From the IMG/VR virus record IMGVR_UViG_3300028571_000012: 64,000 nt of DNA; one strand, given 5' to 3'. Under the pieces are notes generated by a model. It saw only the letters and a program-made list of their open reading frames with translations, was not told where the DNA came from and did no database searches. Both the position numbers and the translations under genes were made by a program. The stretch comes from an uncultured virus (IMG/VR IMGVR_UViG_3300028571_000012) (taxonomy: Duplodnaviria > Heunggongvirae > Uroviricota > Caudoviricetes). Below, one piece after another: positions 10,495 through 20,831 of the stretch. The stretch's first letter is position 1. The number at the start of each line of letters is the position of its first letter.

Positions 10495-11874
10495 TTATTG
10501 ATCTTTCATTATTTTGGCTGATGTTGTATACACGCCGTCGGAAAATGTATGAACGGCAACCGCAACCATATAAGTACCGGAAAGTGCTTCGTCAACATCG
10601 TTGTCATCCTCAAGACCAGTATTAATTTTCTTTTTGTATTCTTCAAGGTTACAAGATTTTGGAATATTAATTACAATTTTGCGGCCTGGATTTAAATTAA
10701 AATCACCGTATACTTCCATTTGATGATTTAATGTTTCCATGTTTGACAAATATGATTTAAGTCGTCCTAAACTTTCCGACAGCAAAGTGGAACTGTTTGG
10801 ATTACCGCTGGAATTACTATTGGTATTTGTTGATATTGTAGTACGACTCGCATCAGCAATATCTGTCAACTGTTCTGGCGGACTTGTTATACCGTTAATA
10901 ATAAAATTAAGAGTTTTACCCCACGGTGAATTTTCAAGAAGCTTATTTGCTTTTAATTTTGTATCTTTATCTCGGTTAAATATTATTTCAAAAAATGATT
11001 TTTTAGCATAATCTGTAACAACCGTTTTACTGGCAAAAGCACCTTCATTTGCTTGTTTTAACTTATCCAACTTTATGTTACTTTTTACATCTATAATTTT
11101 TTTAACAGCCTCCATATATGCCTCTTTACTGCTTGGACCAGTACCGTTGGCATAAGGTCTATAGTTGTATTCCTTATACACTTTTTTCCTAAAAAGGTTT
11201 GCAAGCGATGTAATAATAATATTTGGTGAACCTATTCTTGGAAAAATGAAAAACGGTGATCCTTCCGAATCATATGCTTTTTGTCGCAACCATTCAATTG
11301 CTTTAAGAGGACTTTGAATTACAAGCACTCCATCAAATGATGATGTACACGGTTGTGACACAATTGTGGTTTTAACATTAAGATCTTTTTCAAATATCTT
11401 TACAATACTATCAACAACATTACCTTTTACACTGCGACTTATTCTTTTTAGCAATGACAAATAACCAAAATCGGAAATGGCAATCAAATCATATTCTTGT
11501 ACACTTGATTGCGGTGTTTTAACATAATTTGGATATTCCTTAACAAAAAATTTAATGTCAATTTTGTTAACGGCGGTTTTGTCATTATTTGGTTTATACA
11601 CAATAAGATGTATTATTTCCTGTCCGCTAATTGCAAAATCTTCAAAGAAATTAATATTATCTCGTATGCGAGCATTAAACATAATAACAGGACTGAATAA
11701 TTCTTCAGTCAATGAGAAACTTGTTACCAACGGGCGTAAGTCTACAACAACACCTTTTTGATTTTGTATGAGCATTTGTTGAACATAAAATGTACCTGGT
11801 ACGTTTTGGTATATGTTATCTTCACCAATTGCTCCTTTTGGTGTATTTCGCACCACTGTATCATCATACGCCAT
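10495..11874 (-). CDS. baseplate hub protein, gp27-like
   Basis: Between gp53 and gp5; EELFSPVI, VYGDFNL.PG, LSGTYMV.AV.H.F motifs of tail-hub proteins. Confidence 0.6.
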   Translation of the reverse strand: MAYDDTVVRNTPKGAIGEDNIYQNVPGTFYVQQMLIQNQKGVVVDLRPLVTSFSLTEELFSPVIMFNARIRDNINFFEDFAISGQEIIHLIVYKPNNDKTAVNKIDIKFFVKEYPNYVKTPQSSVQEYDLIAISDFGYLSLLKRISRSVKGNVVDSIVKIFEKDLNVKTTIVSQPCTSSFDGVLVIQSPLKAIEWLRQKAYDSEGSPFFIFPRIGSPNIIITSLANLFRKKVYKEYNYRPYANGTGPSSKEAYMEAVKKIIDVKSNIKLDKLKQANEGAFASKTVVTDYAKKSFFEIIFNRDKDTKLKANKLLENSPWGKTLNFIINGITSPPEQLTDIADASRTTISTNTNSNSSGNPNSSTLLSESLGRLKSYLSNMETLNHQMEVYGDFNLNPGRKIVINIPKSCNLEEYKKKINTGLEDDNDVDEALSGTYMVAVAVHTFSDGVYTTSAKIMKDQ

Positions 11875-11878
11875 AGCT

Positions 11879-13930
11879 TTATGTATTTAACAAATCAAAA
11901 TAAGTTTTTGAAAATCTATTAATAACCTCAGGTCTTATTACTTTAATGTTTCTTTTATCACTATTGGCATTTTCTTCTTTTTCATAAAAACTTAAAACAC
12001 CAATTGGTGGTGGGGGCGTATCAGGCGTATCATTGCGCGGATACAATACATCATACACCGAAACGGGAATTGTTGTTGTTACAGTTTCACCGTCAACAGT
12101 TACTGTTTGAGTTGATGTATATTGAGCCGTTGCATTTCTATAAAGTTCCCATGAATAAACTTTTGAATTGGAATTGGGAACCTTTAAATAGTTTTTATCA
12201 AAAATATATCTTTCCCGCCCTATAGTACTATTGTCGTAAGTCGGATCCGTATTATTCGAAGGGTCTGAAACTCGGCCGGGATAATAATATCTATCAATAG
12301 GTTCAAAATATGTCAAAGCGGCTGTGACAAATCGTGCTTTAAGAGCTTCATTGGCATTAAATGCATCGGTTTGCGTAATTTGATTGTATGGATTAATCCA
12401 TAACAGTTTAAAGCTTTCGGCGTTTAATAGCGATTCTCTGGAGATTACAGGTTTGGAAACATCACACGTTCCAGTTGCTGTAATACCACCTGCCGGTGCT
12501 GCTCCAAATGTGACAGTAGGGTTTGTGACGTATCCGGATCCAGGATTTGTTATAACAACTGACGTTACACTTCCTCCCGAGTCTACTACTGCAATACCTG
12601 TTGCGGTAGTACCACCTGATGGTGCTGAACCAAATGTTACAGTCGGCGCTGGCAAATATAATGTATCGGAATTTGTTACAACATTAACACTTATTACACT
12701 TCCTTGCGAATCAATCGCCACATTACAGGTGGTAAATTCACCCGAAAAAGAAGTAAAAACATTTGGCCAGAAAGATGCGGGAGTTCCAAATTGCCCAGAA
12801 TTAATAGGTTGAATAATCAGTTCGACCAAAGTATTTGCTTGAGTGTTGGCCTCCAACGCGGCCTTTACCACAGCTGGAGTTAAAGCACTTTGAGTTGGTG
12901 AATAATTTACTGTAATGTCTGTTCCCGAAACAACAACCGATGTAACACTCGCCAATGGCAATGGGGCGAGATGCAGCCCACCAGAAAATCCATTAAATTT
13001 AATTCTAATATTGTTTCCTGCGGCGCCTGGTATGCGCGATCGAAGGATGGCCGTTGGCGGATTATCAGTATCCGGTACTATCAGTGGGCTAAAAAACGAC
13101 CCTATGTTTTTTGTTCTAAATATATTTAAGCTTGCGTATTCGGATGAAACTGTAACAGACGGAGGTGTGACATACCCTGATCCTGGATTTGTTACAAACA
13201 CCGATGAAACCTTTCTGTCAGATCCTACAACCGCGATACCTGTTGCGGTGGTACCGCCAGTTGGTGCGGCACCAAATGACACTGGCGGTGTAGGCGCATA
13301 GCCTGAGCCGCCGTTGGTAATATGCACACTTGTTTTAACATTATCACGAATATCATAAACAACAAGTTGGCACGTGGCACTGTCATATTTTAATATTTTT
13401 GCGGATGGTGGTGCATCACCTGTGGCGGGAACCAAACGCAAATATGGCAAATATTGATCTTGATCATCCACAGATGTTAACAAATTATTAATTGGTACCA
13501 ATGGAACAAAGGAAAAATCTGATCGCTTATTTACAGCATTATCCGATGATAAAAATCCATTTGAATCCAATGTACCAGGTGCGTGTAATATAGGATAAAA
13601 TGTAATTGCACTATAAACATCATACTCATTGGCCATCATATTTTCAAACGCGTGACTGTTCAACGGCCATGCATTGCTTAACCCTGCTTTAAGACTATCA
13701 TTTATTACAAAAAATGTCCAATAGTATTGCGGTGTACCATAAAGACGATAAGAAAGACTATCAGGTCTTTCGCCGTCGCCAATTTCTTGAAATGTATAAT
13801 ATGTTACACTATCATTATCAAACGTATTAATGTCAACGGTTTTTGTAATATCGGTAAGAATGGAAAAGTTACCATCATTATTAACATCAAATAATACTTT
13901 TGGGAATTTATTAAAATAATTTACAGACAT
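11879..13930 (-). CDS. gp53: baseplate wedge gp53 with large inserted repeat domains
   Basis: YFNKFP, GERPDSLSYRLYG.PQYYWTF..IN..WPL, terminal YEKEENAN..KRNIKVIRP. Confidence 0.85.
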   Translation of the reverse strand: MSVNYFNKFPKVLFDVNNDGNFSILTDITKTVDINTFDNDSVTYYTFQEIGDGERPDSLSYRLYGTPQYYWTFFVINDSLKAGLSNAWPLNSHAFENMMANEYDVYSAITFYPILHAPGTLDSNGFLSSDNAVNKRSDFSFVPLVPINNLLTSVDDQDQYLPYLRLVPATGDAPPSAKILKYDSATCQLVVYDIRDNVKTSVHITNGGSGYAPTPPVSFGAAPTGGTTATGIAVVGSDRKVSSVFVTNPGSGYVTPPSVTVSSEYASLNIFRTKNIGSFFSPLIVPDTDNPPTAILRSRIPGAAGNNIRIKFNGFSGGLHLAPLPLASVTSVVVSGTDITVNYSPTQSALTPAVVKAALEANTQANTLVELIIQPINSGQFGTPASFWPNVFTSFSGEFTTCNVAIDSQGSVISVNVVTNSDTLYLPAPTVTFGSAPSGGTTATGIAVVDSGGSVTSVVITNPGSGYVTNPTVTFGAAPAGGITATGTCDVSKPVISRESLLNAESFKLLWINPYNQITQTDAFNANEALKARFVTAALTYFEPIDRYYYPGRVSDPSNNTDPTYDNSTIGRERYIFDKNYLKVPNSNSKVYSWELYRNATAQYTSTQTVTVDGETVTTTIPVSVYDVLYPRNDTPDTPPPPIGVLSFYEKEENANSDKRNIKVIRPEVINRFSKTYFDLLNT

Positions 13931-13998
13931 AATTTTTAACTATTATTTGAAGAGGTCGGTCAGGTTATAAGCATTAGGGTCGGTGCCGAGTCCAGGTC

Positions 13999-15003
13999 CT
14001 ACTGCAGGCCCGCAGGATCCATATCATAGCGATAGCCAGCGGGAGCTATTGGTTTTCGCTCAGCATCACGGGTCTCGGTCTGAGGAGTTACGGTGGTAGA
14101 TGTTGTTGCAGAACTTTTAATTATATCTCTGATAGCTTTTTCATTTCCACCTCCATACAGTCGTGCAAAATCACCTTCCTGGAATGCTCTTGCTTCTAAA
14201 CTTTTAATATCTTCATATGTTAATGCACGTGATTCGATAAATTGAACTGTTACATCCGTTTCAATTGGAGAACCGCCTCGTCTCCATACATTTGCGCTCG
14301 GATTAAAATTACTCGATAAACCTTTAAGATAGCATTCAAATATTTTAGGTAGATACGGAATATCATCTCCACTTACACCGTTTAAAAATTGTATATTCCA
14401 TGTGGGAGGATATTGCAACGAAATAAAATTACCTATTGGGTATAAATTTGATCTAAATGTTTCAATAATATTTTTAATAACAAGTGTTTCTTCTTCGCTT
14501 TTGGATACAAATTTGAAAGTAAAGGAAAAATTTCTTGTACCAACGCCAGTAAATTCTGTTACAACATTCTTATTTAATGTTGTTCCCATACCAATGGCCA
14601 CACCGGATGTAATTTCACTATCAACTCCACCAATTGAAGCAGCCTTTATCACACCTGCAACAATATCTCTTGTTCCAACGGAACCAAGCGCGTCTTGGCC
14701 TGTTTTTAATGCACCTTTCAACGCTCCGTCAAGACCACCAGCAGCTGTTCCGGCGCTTATATTTCGAGCAGCGTTCATTGCCAAACCACCAAAAATATTA
14801 AGCTCAGCATCATTATATGATGCACCATCATCAAAAGTAAGCCCCACGGGAATAGGAACGTAAATTTCAATTGGATTAATACCAGCAGACTGCCCTACAG
14901 ATGTAGAACTTACTTTAGGAACATTAGGCTTGCCGCATTTCATGCGCATCATAGGTCTATTTGTGCCTCTTAATTCCAAAGGATATATTAACGGTGATGC
15001 CAT
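13999..15003 (-). CDS. gp48: baseplate tail-tube cap gp48
   Basis: LIYPL, IYVPIP, FTGV..RNFSFTFKF...SEEE, YP..W.I.F, CYL, V.FIE..ALT. Confidence 0.8.
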   Translation of the reverse strand: MASPLIYPLELRGTNRPMMRMKCGKPNVPKVSSTSVGQSAGINPIEIYVPIPVGLTFDDGASYNDAELNIFGGLAMNAARNISAGTAAGGLDGALKGALKTGQDALGSVGTRDIVAGVIKAASIGGVDSEITSGVAIGMGTTLNKNVVTEFTGVGTRNFSFTFKFVSKSEEETLVIKNIIETFRSNLYPIGNFISLQYPPTWNIQFLNGVSGDDIPYLPKIFECYLKGLSSNFNPSANVWRRGGSPIETDVTVQFIESRALTYEDIKSLEARAFQEGDFARLYGGGNEKAIRDIIKSSATTSTTVTPQTETRDAERKPIAPAGYRYDMDPAGLQ

Positions 15004-15030
15004 ATAAATAGTTGTATAAGGTTATTTATA
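15003..15030. promoter_or_regulatory. divergent T4-type late promoters
   Basis: TATAAATA on + at 15003-15010 and on - at 15023-15030 in the gp48/gp4 gap. Confidence 0.75.
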
Positions 15031-15509
15031 TGACATACAAAGGTAGATTTACACCAAAAAATATTTCAAAATATGAAGGTAACCCAATGCGTATTGAATA
15101 CAGATCATTGTGGGAACGACAAACATTCCGTTGGTTGGATAACAATGACCATGTGGTAAAATGGAGCAGTGAAGAAGTAATTGTTCCGTATGTATGCCGA
15201 ACAGATAACAGAAAACATTTGTATTTTCCTGATTTAAAAGTTACATTTAAAAATGGAGCGACATATCTTATTGAAATCAAACCTAAAAAGGAAACAATAG
15301 AACCTAAAAGAAAAGCAAAGACAAAAGCATTTTTATTTGAGGTTATGAAATATGCTAAAAATATTTCCAAATGGGAAGCCGCAGCATCATATGCAAAAGA
15401 TAAAGGTTGGACATTTGAAGTATGGCATGAAGATACATTACGATCATTAGGCATTGTTTTATTGCTTAAAGAAGCGCAAAAGAAACCTGGTAAAATTGTT
15501 TATAAATAG
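15030..15509 (+). CDS. gp4: head completion nuclease gp4 (TnsA-like)
   Basis: YKGRFTPKN..KY.G....IEYRSLWE, WSSEE..VPY, YFPD, EIKP, N..KWEAA; ATG at 15030 preferred. Confidence 0.92.
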   Translation: MTYKGRFTPKNISKYEGNPMRIEYRSLWERQTFRWLDNNDHVVKWSSEEVIVPYVCRTDNRKHLYFPDLKVTFKNGATYLIEIKPKKETIEPKRKAKTKAFLFEVMKYAKNISKWEAAASYAKDKGWTFEVWHEDTLRSLGIVLLLKEAQKKPGKIVYK

Positions 15510-15529
15510 CTTAGGGACTTTCTACAATT

Positions 15530-16120
15530 ATGGATAATATAGCACAGTTTGTAGCATTAATTAAGCAAAAGGGTGGAGTTGCCAAAAAGAATCGTTTTAG
15601 AATAGAAATAGCAGAAACAGCATTTCCTGATAATGGGCGTGCACTTTCATTGTTATGTGAAAGTGCGTCATTTCCAAGCAAAACAATTCAATCATTTGAA
15701 TTTAGTTCATATCGCAATCCTATAAAAATACCTACAGGTTTTGCAAATGAAGATGTTAGTGTTGTTTTTCATCTGACAAATGATTATTATGTTAAGAAAA
15801 TTTTTGATCAATGGTTAAATAGAATTGTTGATCCTGATTATTTTATATCTTATGATTCTACATTTAAAACAACAATAGAAATTTTTCAACTTGATGAAAA
15901 GGATCAGGATGTGTATGGAGTCAAATTAATAGATGCATATCCAGTATCTGTGAGTGCTGTTGAATTGGATAATTCACAAACCAACGCCACGCAAAAATTA
16001 ACCGTAGATTTTACATATAATATTTGGGTGCCAATAATTAGTTACCGTGGTGATATTAATGTTCCTTCAGACACACCGGCCACAAACAACCCTACAAATC
16101 TACCGTCAGCGTTTGCTTAA
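15530..16120 (+). CDS. tail tube initiator, gp54/gp19-like
   Basis: GGVAKKNRF, LCESASFP, FQLD..D...Y...L.DAYP..V..VELD, LTVDFTY; late promoter at 15501-15508. Confidence 0.7.
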   Translation: MDNIAQFVALIKQKGGVAKKNRFRIEIAETAFPDNGRALSLLCESASFPSKTIQSFEFSSYRNPIKIPTGFANEDVSVVFHLTNDYYVKKIFDQWLNRIVDPDYFISYDSTFKTTIEIFQLDEKDQDVYGVKLIDAYPVSVSAVELDNSQTNATQKLTVDFTYNIWVPIISYRGDINVPSDTPATNNPTNLPSAFA

Positions 16121-16167
16121 ATGATTTTAAATTTTACCATATATAATATACAACAAAATAATACATT

Positions 16168-16875
16168 ATGCCATTACCAATCCTAGAATCGTCAAAATAT
16201 ACCGTCGCAATTCCTTCAACAGGTAAAATTGTAGAATATCGTCCATTTCTTGTTAAGGAGGAAAAAATACTACTAATCGCACAAGAATCAAATGATTCAA
16301 TCCAAATGTTTTCCGCAATGAAGGAAATTATTCGTGCATGTACATTTGAAAAACTTGATATTAACAGTATTACAAGTTATGACCTTGAATATATTTTCTT
16401 AAAGCTTCGCTCTAAAAGTATCGGTGAAATTACCGAGATAAATTTGGAATGTTCAGAATGTAAAACACCAAATCCTGTCAGCATTGTTATTGATGAAATT
16501 GAAGTTAAAATTGATCCTAAGGCATCCAAAACCGTAATGTTGACGGATACCGTTGGTATCAATTTGCGTCACATTCGTGTTAAGGATATGGCATTGCTTG
16601 CAGATGATAAAAAACCGCAAAGTGAAATTATCAACAATGTGGTTATGGCTTCAATCGAATCCATTTTTGATGCAGACACTGTTTATCCTGGTGATAAATC
16701 AACACCAGCGGAATTAACTACATTTATCAATTCATTGACACGTGCGCAAATGTCCAAAATTGAAAGCTTTATTGAATCAACACCTAAGGTTCAAAAAGAT
16801 GTAAGCTTTAAATGTAAAAGTTGCGCACACGACAACACTATTAATATTTCTGGAACTCAGTCTTTTTTCGTATAA
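16168..16875 (+). CDS. gp26: baseplate hub assembly protein gp26
   Basis: MPLP, YRPFLVKEEKILLIAQES, DLEYIFLKLRSKSIGE, two CxxC, terminal G.QSFF. Confidence 0.93.
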   Translation: MPLPILESSKYTVAIPSTGKIVEYRPFLVKEEKILLIAQESNDSIQMFSAMKEIIRACTFEKLDINSITSYDLEYIFLKLRSKSIGEITEINLECSECKTPNPVSIVIDEIEVKIDPKASKTVMLTDTVGINLRHIRVKDMALLADDKKPQSEIINNVVMASIESIFDADTVYPGDKSTPAELTTFINSLTRAQMSKIESFIESTPKVQKDVSFKCKSCAHDNTINISGTQSFFV

Positions 16876-16877
16876 GC

Positions 16878-17051
16878 CTCTCGCATGAATCATTGGCAAA
16901 TTACTATCAAACTAATTTTGCTTTAATGCAACATCACAAATACAGTTTAAGCGAGCTTGAAGGCATGTTGCCATGGGAGAGGGAAATTTATGTCAGCTTA
17001 TTATCAAACTATATTAAGGAAGAAGAATTAAAGCAAAAAAATAATAAATAG
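16878..17051 (+). CDS. gp51: gp51-like baseplate assembly chaperone, -1 frame relative to gp26
   Basis: Missed by ORF track; reads LSHESLANYYQTNFALMQHHKYSLSELEGMLPWEREIYVSLL; first ATG only at 16926. Confidence 0.85.
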   Translation, partial: LSHESLANYYQTNFALMQHHKYSLSELEGMLPWEREIYVSLLSNYIKEEELKQKNNK

Positions 17052-17056
17052 TATAT

Positions 17057-19258
17057 ATGTCGTCATCAAAAACAGATACTACTTTATTAGCTCAAATTTC
17101 AGCGCAATTAGCATCTTCAAAAGATGGCGGTTATTTGCAAAAAATTGCAGCCAAGTTTAATGCCACAAGTGGTGCAAATAAAAATGATCCTTTTGCTGGA
17201 TTTAAAATACCAAAACTTACGGACATTGCAAAAGGTTTGACTTTTGGTTTGGCTCCTGGGCTGATTAGAAAATCGGTGGCGGGAATGCAAATATTCATGG
17301 ACTCATTAAATTCCATGAATATTGATGATGTTAATAAATCCAGTGCAATAATTGAATTGGTGGATGATTACAGCGTTGCAACGACAAGATTTGCTGAAAT
17401 TCCTTGGATGAAAGCATTAAAAGGAACATTTTTATTACAAACATTTGCGGACCGATTTAAAACAATAGGAGCTGTTTTAGGAAGTAACGAAAATATAAAT
17501 GCACTAATACCTTTTAAAAGATTCGCAAAGACATTTGGTACGCCATTAAAACTTATAGGAGATGGACTATCATCTTTTGCAAAAATAAAATGGACTTCAG
17601 TTTTCATCAGCACAATCTTTTTAAAGAAAATTACAACTTCATTGTCGGAAATAGGAGGTATTTTTGCTGGAAACGATCAAATGTTTGAAAAAATGGGTGA
17701 AGTTATGGGAAAACTCGCCGAAGCACTTAAACAAATAGGTAATACATTGCTTAAAGCCTCGGTTTCATTACTAATAGTTGCTGCTTCATTAGGACTGGCC
17801 GCTCTATCTTTAAAATTATTTGCAGACATGCCAACGGATGCAATTATAACTGGCGCAGGAACATTGGTTGCTTTGATGAGTTCGGTGGCGCTTTTATCAA
17901 AATTTGCCAAAGAAGCAATACAGGGTGCTGCTGCTTTGGCCATTGTTGGTGCTTCATTAGGACTGGCCGCGTTAAGCTTAAGGTTATTTGCAGATATTGA
18001 GTGGCCTACGCTTGGAAAAGCCGGCCTGGCATTACTCGCAATGGTAGGTACATTGGCTGTAATTGGAGTGATTATGGCAACTGTAGGGGCGGGTATTTTA
18101 ACCGGCGTGGGGGCTTTAGCTTTAGTAGGTTTATCTTTGATACCATTTGCCGCAGGTATGACAATATTAGGTGCTGTAAACTGGAAAGGTTTTGATGGAA
18201 TATACGAAGCATTAAAAGCTCTTGGCCTCGGCGGCGGCATTTTAACACTAGCAATTCCTGCAATGATTGCTGGAGCAATTGCCAGCATTCCATTTGCATT
18301 AGGTATGATGCTATTAAGTACCGTAAAATGGGATACAATCGAAAAAAGCGGTGCCGCGTTAACATCCTTCGGTGAAGGTGTTGCTAAACTAAGTTACTTC
18401 AATTTAATAAAAGCTGCATTAGGTTTAATACCATTTTCCGCGGGTATTTTTGCTTTAAAATTGGCCATAGGTAAAGATGATACAATATCAAAATTTTTAA
18501 AAACATTTAACAAATCAATAAAAGATCTAAAAGGTGATGATTTAATATCCGCATCGAAAGGTATATTGGCGTTATCTGGTGCTCTTGTTGCGTTTGCCGG
18601 AACACAAGTTGTTTCAGGTATCGGAAACTTAATTGGTAAAATACTAAGTATTGGAAGTGACAGTCCTATTGAACAACTTATTAAATTGGCCAAACACGGT
18701 TATAACTTAAGTATTCTTGGTATGGGTGTCCGCGACCTGGCCAACGGACTGAAAACATTGGCAGGTTTTACTTCTGAACTTGATATTCTTGAAACATTGG
18801 CTGATAAGTTTAAAGGGCTGGACGCACTTGATCCTACAGGTATTAAAGCCTTCGCTGAAGGACTTAATATACTTGTGGTTGCATTAAATGCACTGTCGCA
18901 ACTTGACGGTAAATTATCCGTCCTGGATCAAATACCATATGATAAACTTAAAAGCTTAAGTGAATCCATAAAACCTGGTGCACCATTAATTCAAATTGTT
19001 AACGGCCTTAAGGAATCAGAACAATCAAAAGAAACTGCTGTACTATTACAAAAAGGAATCCAATCAAAACCACCAACGGTAGGAACACAATTGGGAAATG
19101 CTGGTTCCACTGCCGCGGCACCTGTGGTTATTATTAACAATAATACTGGTGGTAATATTACCAATAACAGTTCAACGTCAAGCAACGTAAACAACAACGG
19201 TTCTGTAAATGCTCCTATTATTACGGCAAGCGGAAGCGGAATGTTTACAGCTCAATAA
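17057..19258 (+). CDS. tape-measure-like protein (gp29 position)
   Basis: Ala/Gly/Leu-rich helical repeats, follows gp26/gp51. Confidence 0.65.
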   Translation: MSSSKTDTTLLAQISAQLASSKDGGYLQKIAAKFNATSGANKNDPFAGFKIPKLTDIAKGLTFGLAPGLIRKSVAGMQIFMDSLNSMNIDDVNKSSAIIELVDDYSVATTRFAEIPWMKALKGTFLLQTFADRFKTIGAVLGSNENINALIPFKRFAKTFGTPLKLIGDGLSSFAKIKWTSVFISTIFLKKITTSLSEIGGIFAGNDQMFEKMGEVMGKLAEALKQIGNTLLKASVSLLIVAASLGLAALSLKLFADMPTDAIITGAGTLVALMSSVALLSKFAKEAIQGAAALAIVGASLGLAALSLRLFADIEWPTLGKAGLALLAMVGTLAVIGVIMATVGAGILTGVGALALVGLSLIPFAAGMTILGAVNWKGFDGIYEALKALGLGGGILTLAIPAMIAGAIASIPFALGMMLLSTVKWDTIEKSGAALTSFGEGVAKLSYFNLIKAALGLIPFSAGIFALKLAIGKDDTISKFLKTFNKSIKDLKGDDLISASKGILALSGALVAFAGTQVVSGIGNLIGKILSIGSDSPIEQLIKLAKHGYNLSILGMGVRDLANGLKTLAGFTSELDILETLADKFKGLDALDPTGIKAFAEGLNILVVALNALSQLDGKLSVLDQIPYDKLKSLSESIKPGAPLIQIVNGLKESEQSKETAVLLQKGIQSKPPTVGTQLGNAGSTAAAPVVIINNNTGGNITNNSSTSSNVNNNGSVNAPIITASGSGMFTAQ

Positions 19259-19260
19259 TC

Positions 19261-19521
19261 ATGCCAAAAATTTCACGAATAGGAATTGATACCGCGGGAG
19301 GATTAATATTGTCCAACGTTGCATCATGCCAAGTGTATATTAATGGCGCCGAAGCTGTGCTGCAAGGAGCACTTGTAAAAAATCATGGCGGCCATTCCAA
19401 TGTTACCATGATCCAATCCAGTGGATCAGTGTTTATAAACGGTCTTGGTGTTGTACGCCAAGGTGACTCCGCAAGTTGTGGCCACATTGCAACAGGTTCT
19501 GTTGATATATCAGCCGCGTAG
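19261..19521 (+). CDS. PAAR spike-tip protein (gp5.4-like)
   Basis: RIG.D, VYING, H..H, GS.SVFING..VVRQGD..SCGH..GS. Confidence 0.9.
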   Translation: MPKISRIGIDTAGGLILSNVASCQVYINGAEAVLQGALVKNHGGHSNVTMIQSSGSVFINGLGVVRQGDSASCGHIATGSVDISAA

Positions 19522-19788
19522 TTATTCCAGACCGTATACCAAGTCAAACAGTTCAATGTGTGACAGTATTTTTCCTGCTTGTCGGACCAATACGCCATCT
19601 TCATATATTAATGTTGATGGAATATGTGTCAGTTTTTTGGCCATAATCATTTCAAAATTACGTTCGTTATCAATGTCAATAATCGAATAAGTTACATCAT
19701 CTCGAAGAGCGCAAAAATATTCCACCAAGCGGTGGTATTTACTGCAATCCAAACAATTATAAATGCTATAAACTTCGATGTGTTTCAT
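19522..19788 (-). CDS. thioredoxin/glutaredoxin-like protein
   Basis: CLDC motif, cis-Pro region HIPST. Confidence 0.65.
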   Translation of the reverse strand: MKHIEVYSIYNCLDCSKYHRLVEYFCALRDDVTYSIIDIDNERNFEMIMAKKLTHIPSTLIYEDGVLVRQAGKILSHIELFDLVYGLE

Positions 19789-19793
19789 AAAAG

Positions 19794-19835
19794 AAAAATG
19801 GCGGCACGAATTTATTTATCGTGCCGCCACCTTTT
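19794..19835 (-). terminator. intrinsic terminator after gp32
   Basis: TGGCGGCACGA/TCGTGCCGCCA stem flanked by T tracts. Confidence 0.8.
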
Positions 19836-19850
19836 GGATTTTAATTATTC

Positions 19851-20756
19851 TTAGCTTTGTGCAAGTTTTGCAAAATAGCTTAACGAATCATCTTCTTCTT
19901 CTTCAGATGAATCGTCACCTGCGGTTGGAAGTGATGGAGCCTCAGCCGTAACATTTGTCGACACGTGAGTGTTTTCATAAACAGGTTTATGGTCAACAGT
20001 TGCTCCTGCGGCATCAGCACCAATAACTTCAATAAGTTTGCGCTTAAGGTCTGCATAACTCTTATAGTTTGCTGGATCAATAAATTCGGAAAGCGAATAA
20101 AGCTTGCCGTAAATTTCTTCCAAACGTGCTTCGTCGCCGTCAAACAATTCACTCGGTTTGTCAAATTCGGATTTATCATAGTTCCGATAACCTTCAACAT
20201 TGCGAATTTTAAGTTTGAAATTGGTACCAGTCCAAAAATCAAATGGATTGATAGGTTGTTCATCTTGAAATTGTGGTTGCATAATATCCATGATTTTGTC
20301 AAAGATTTTCTTACCAAATTTGTATAGGACAACCTTACCTTCATTTTGAGGATTTGCTGGATCACTAATTACAAGAGCATTAACAATGTAATGCAGTCGG
20401 CGTTTGCGATCACGAGCAATTTCCTTATCGGATTCAACACCACTGTTCCAAAGCAAACTGTTTGCTTCGCTGACAGGATCAGGTTGACCGATTGAGGTTA
20501 GACTGTTTTCGATGTACCAACGCCCGGTCAGTCCTTTAAATCCATGGTCCCAGAAACGGACCCATGGTAGATCTTCTCCTTCTTTTGCAGGAAGAAAACG
20601 AAGAATTGCATAACCGTTTCCGGCTTTATCAACTGCTGGGCTCCACAGACGATCATCGCCATAGGATTTTGTTGCACCACCAGCTACTTTTTCAGCGGCA
20701 TTGACAAGTTTATCAATTGCGGCGGAACGATTTTGTTTCAGTGTTTCGAATGACAT
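19851..20756 (-). CDS. gp32: single-stranded DNA-binding protein gp32
   Basis: DKAGNGYAILRFLP, WYIENSLTSIG..DPV, FGKKIFDKI, NYDKSEF, acidic tail YFAKLA. Confidence 0.97.
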   Translation of the reverse strand: MSFETLKQNRSAAIDKLVNAAEKVAGGATKSYGDDRLWSPAVDKAGNGYAILRFLPAKEGEDLPWVRFWDHGFKGLTGRWYIENSLTSIGQPDPVSEANSLLWNSGVESDKEIARDRKRRLHYIVNALVISDPANPQNEGKVVLYKFGKKIFDKIMDIMQPQFQDEQPINPFDFWTGTNFKLKIRNVEGYRNYDKSEFDKPSELFDGDEARLEEIYGKLYSLSEFIDPANYKSYADLKRKLIEVIGADAAGATVDHKPVYENTHVSTNVTAEAPSLPTAGDDSSEEEEDDSLSYFAKLAQS

Positions 20757-20831
20757 AGTATTTACAGTGTATTATTTGTTTTGTATTGTTGTTTTGTTGC
20801 AGTGGAATTACCACCATTAGAATATTATACA

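Noticed and set aside
12384..18693. Long antisense ORFs (e.g. 12384-12812, 14402-14863, 17677-18288)
   Set aside because: Shadow frames of well-supported structural genes
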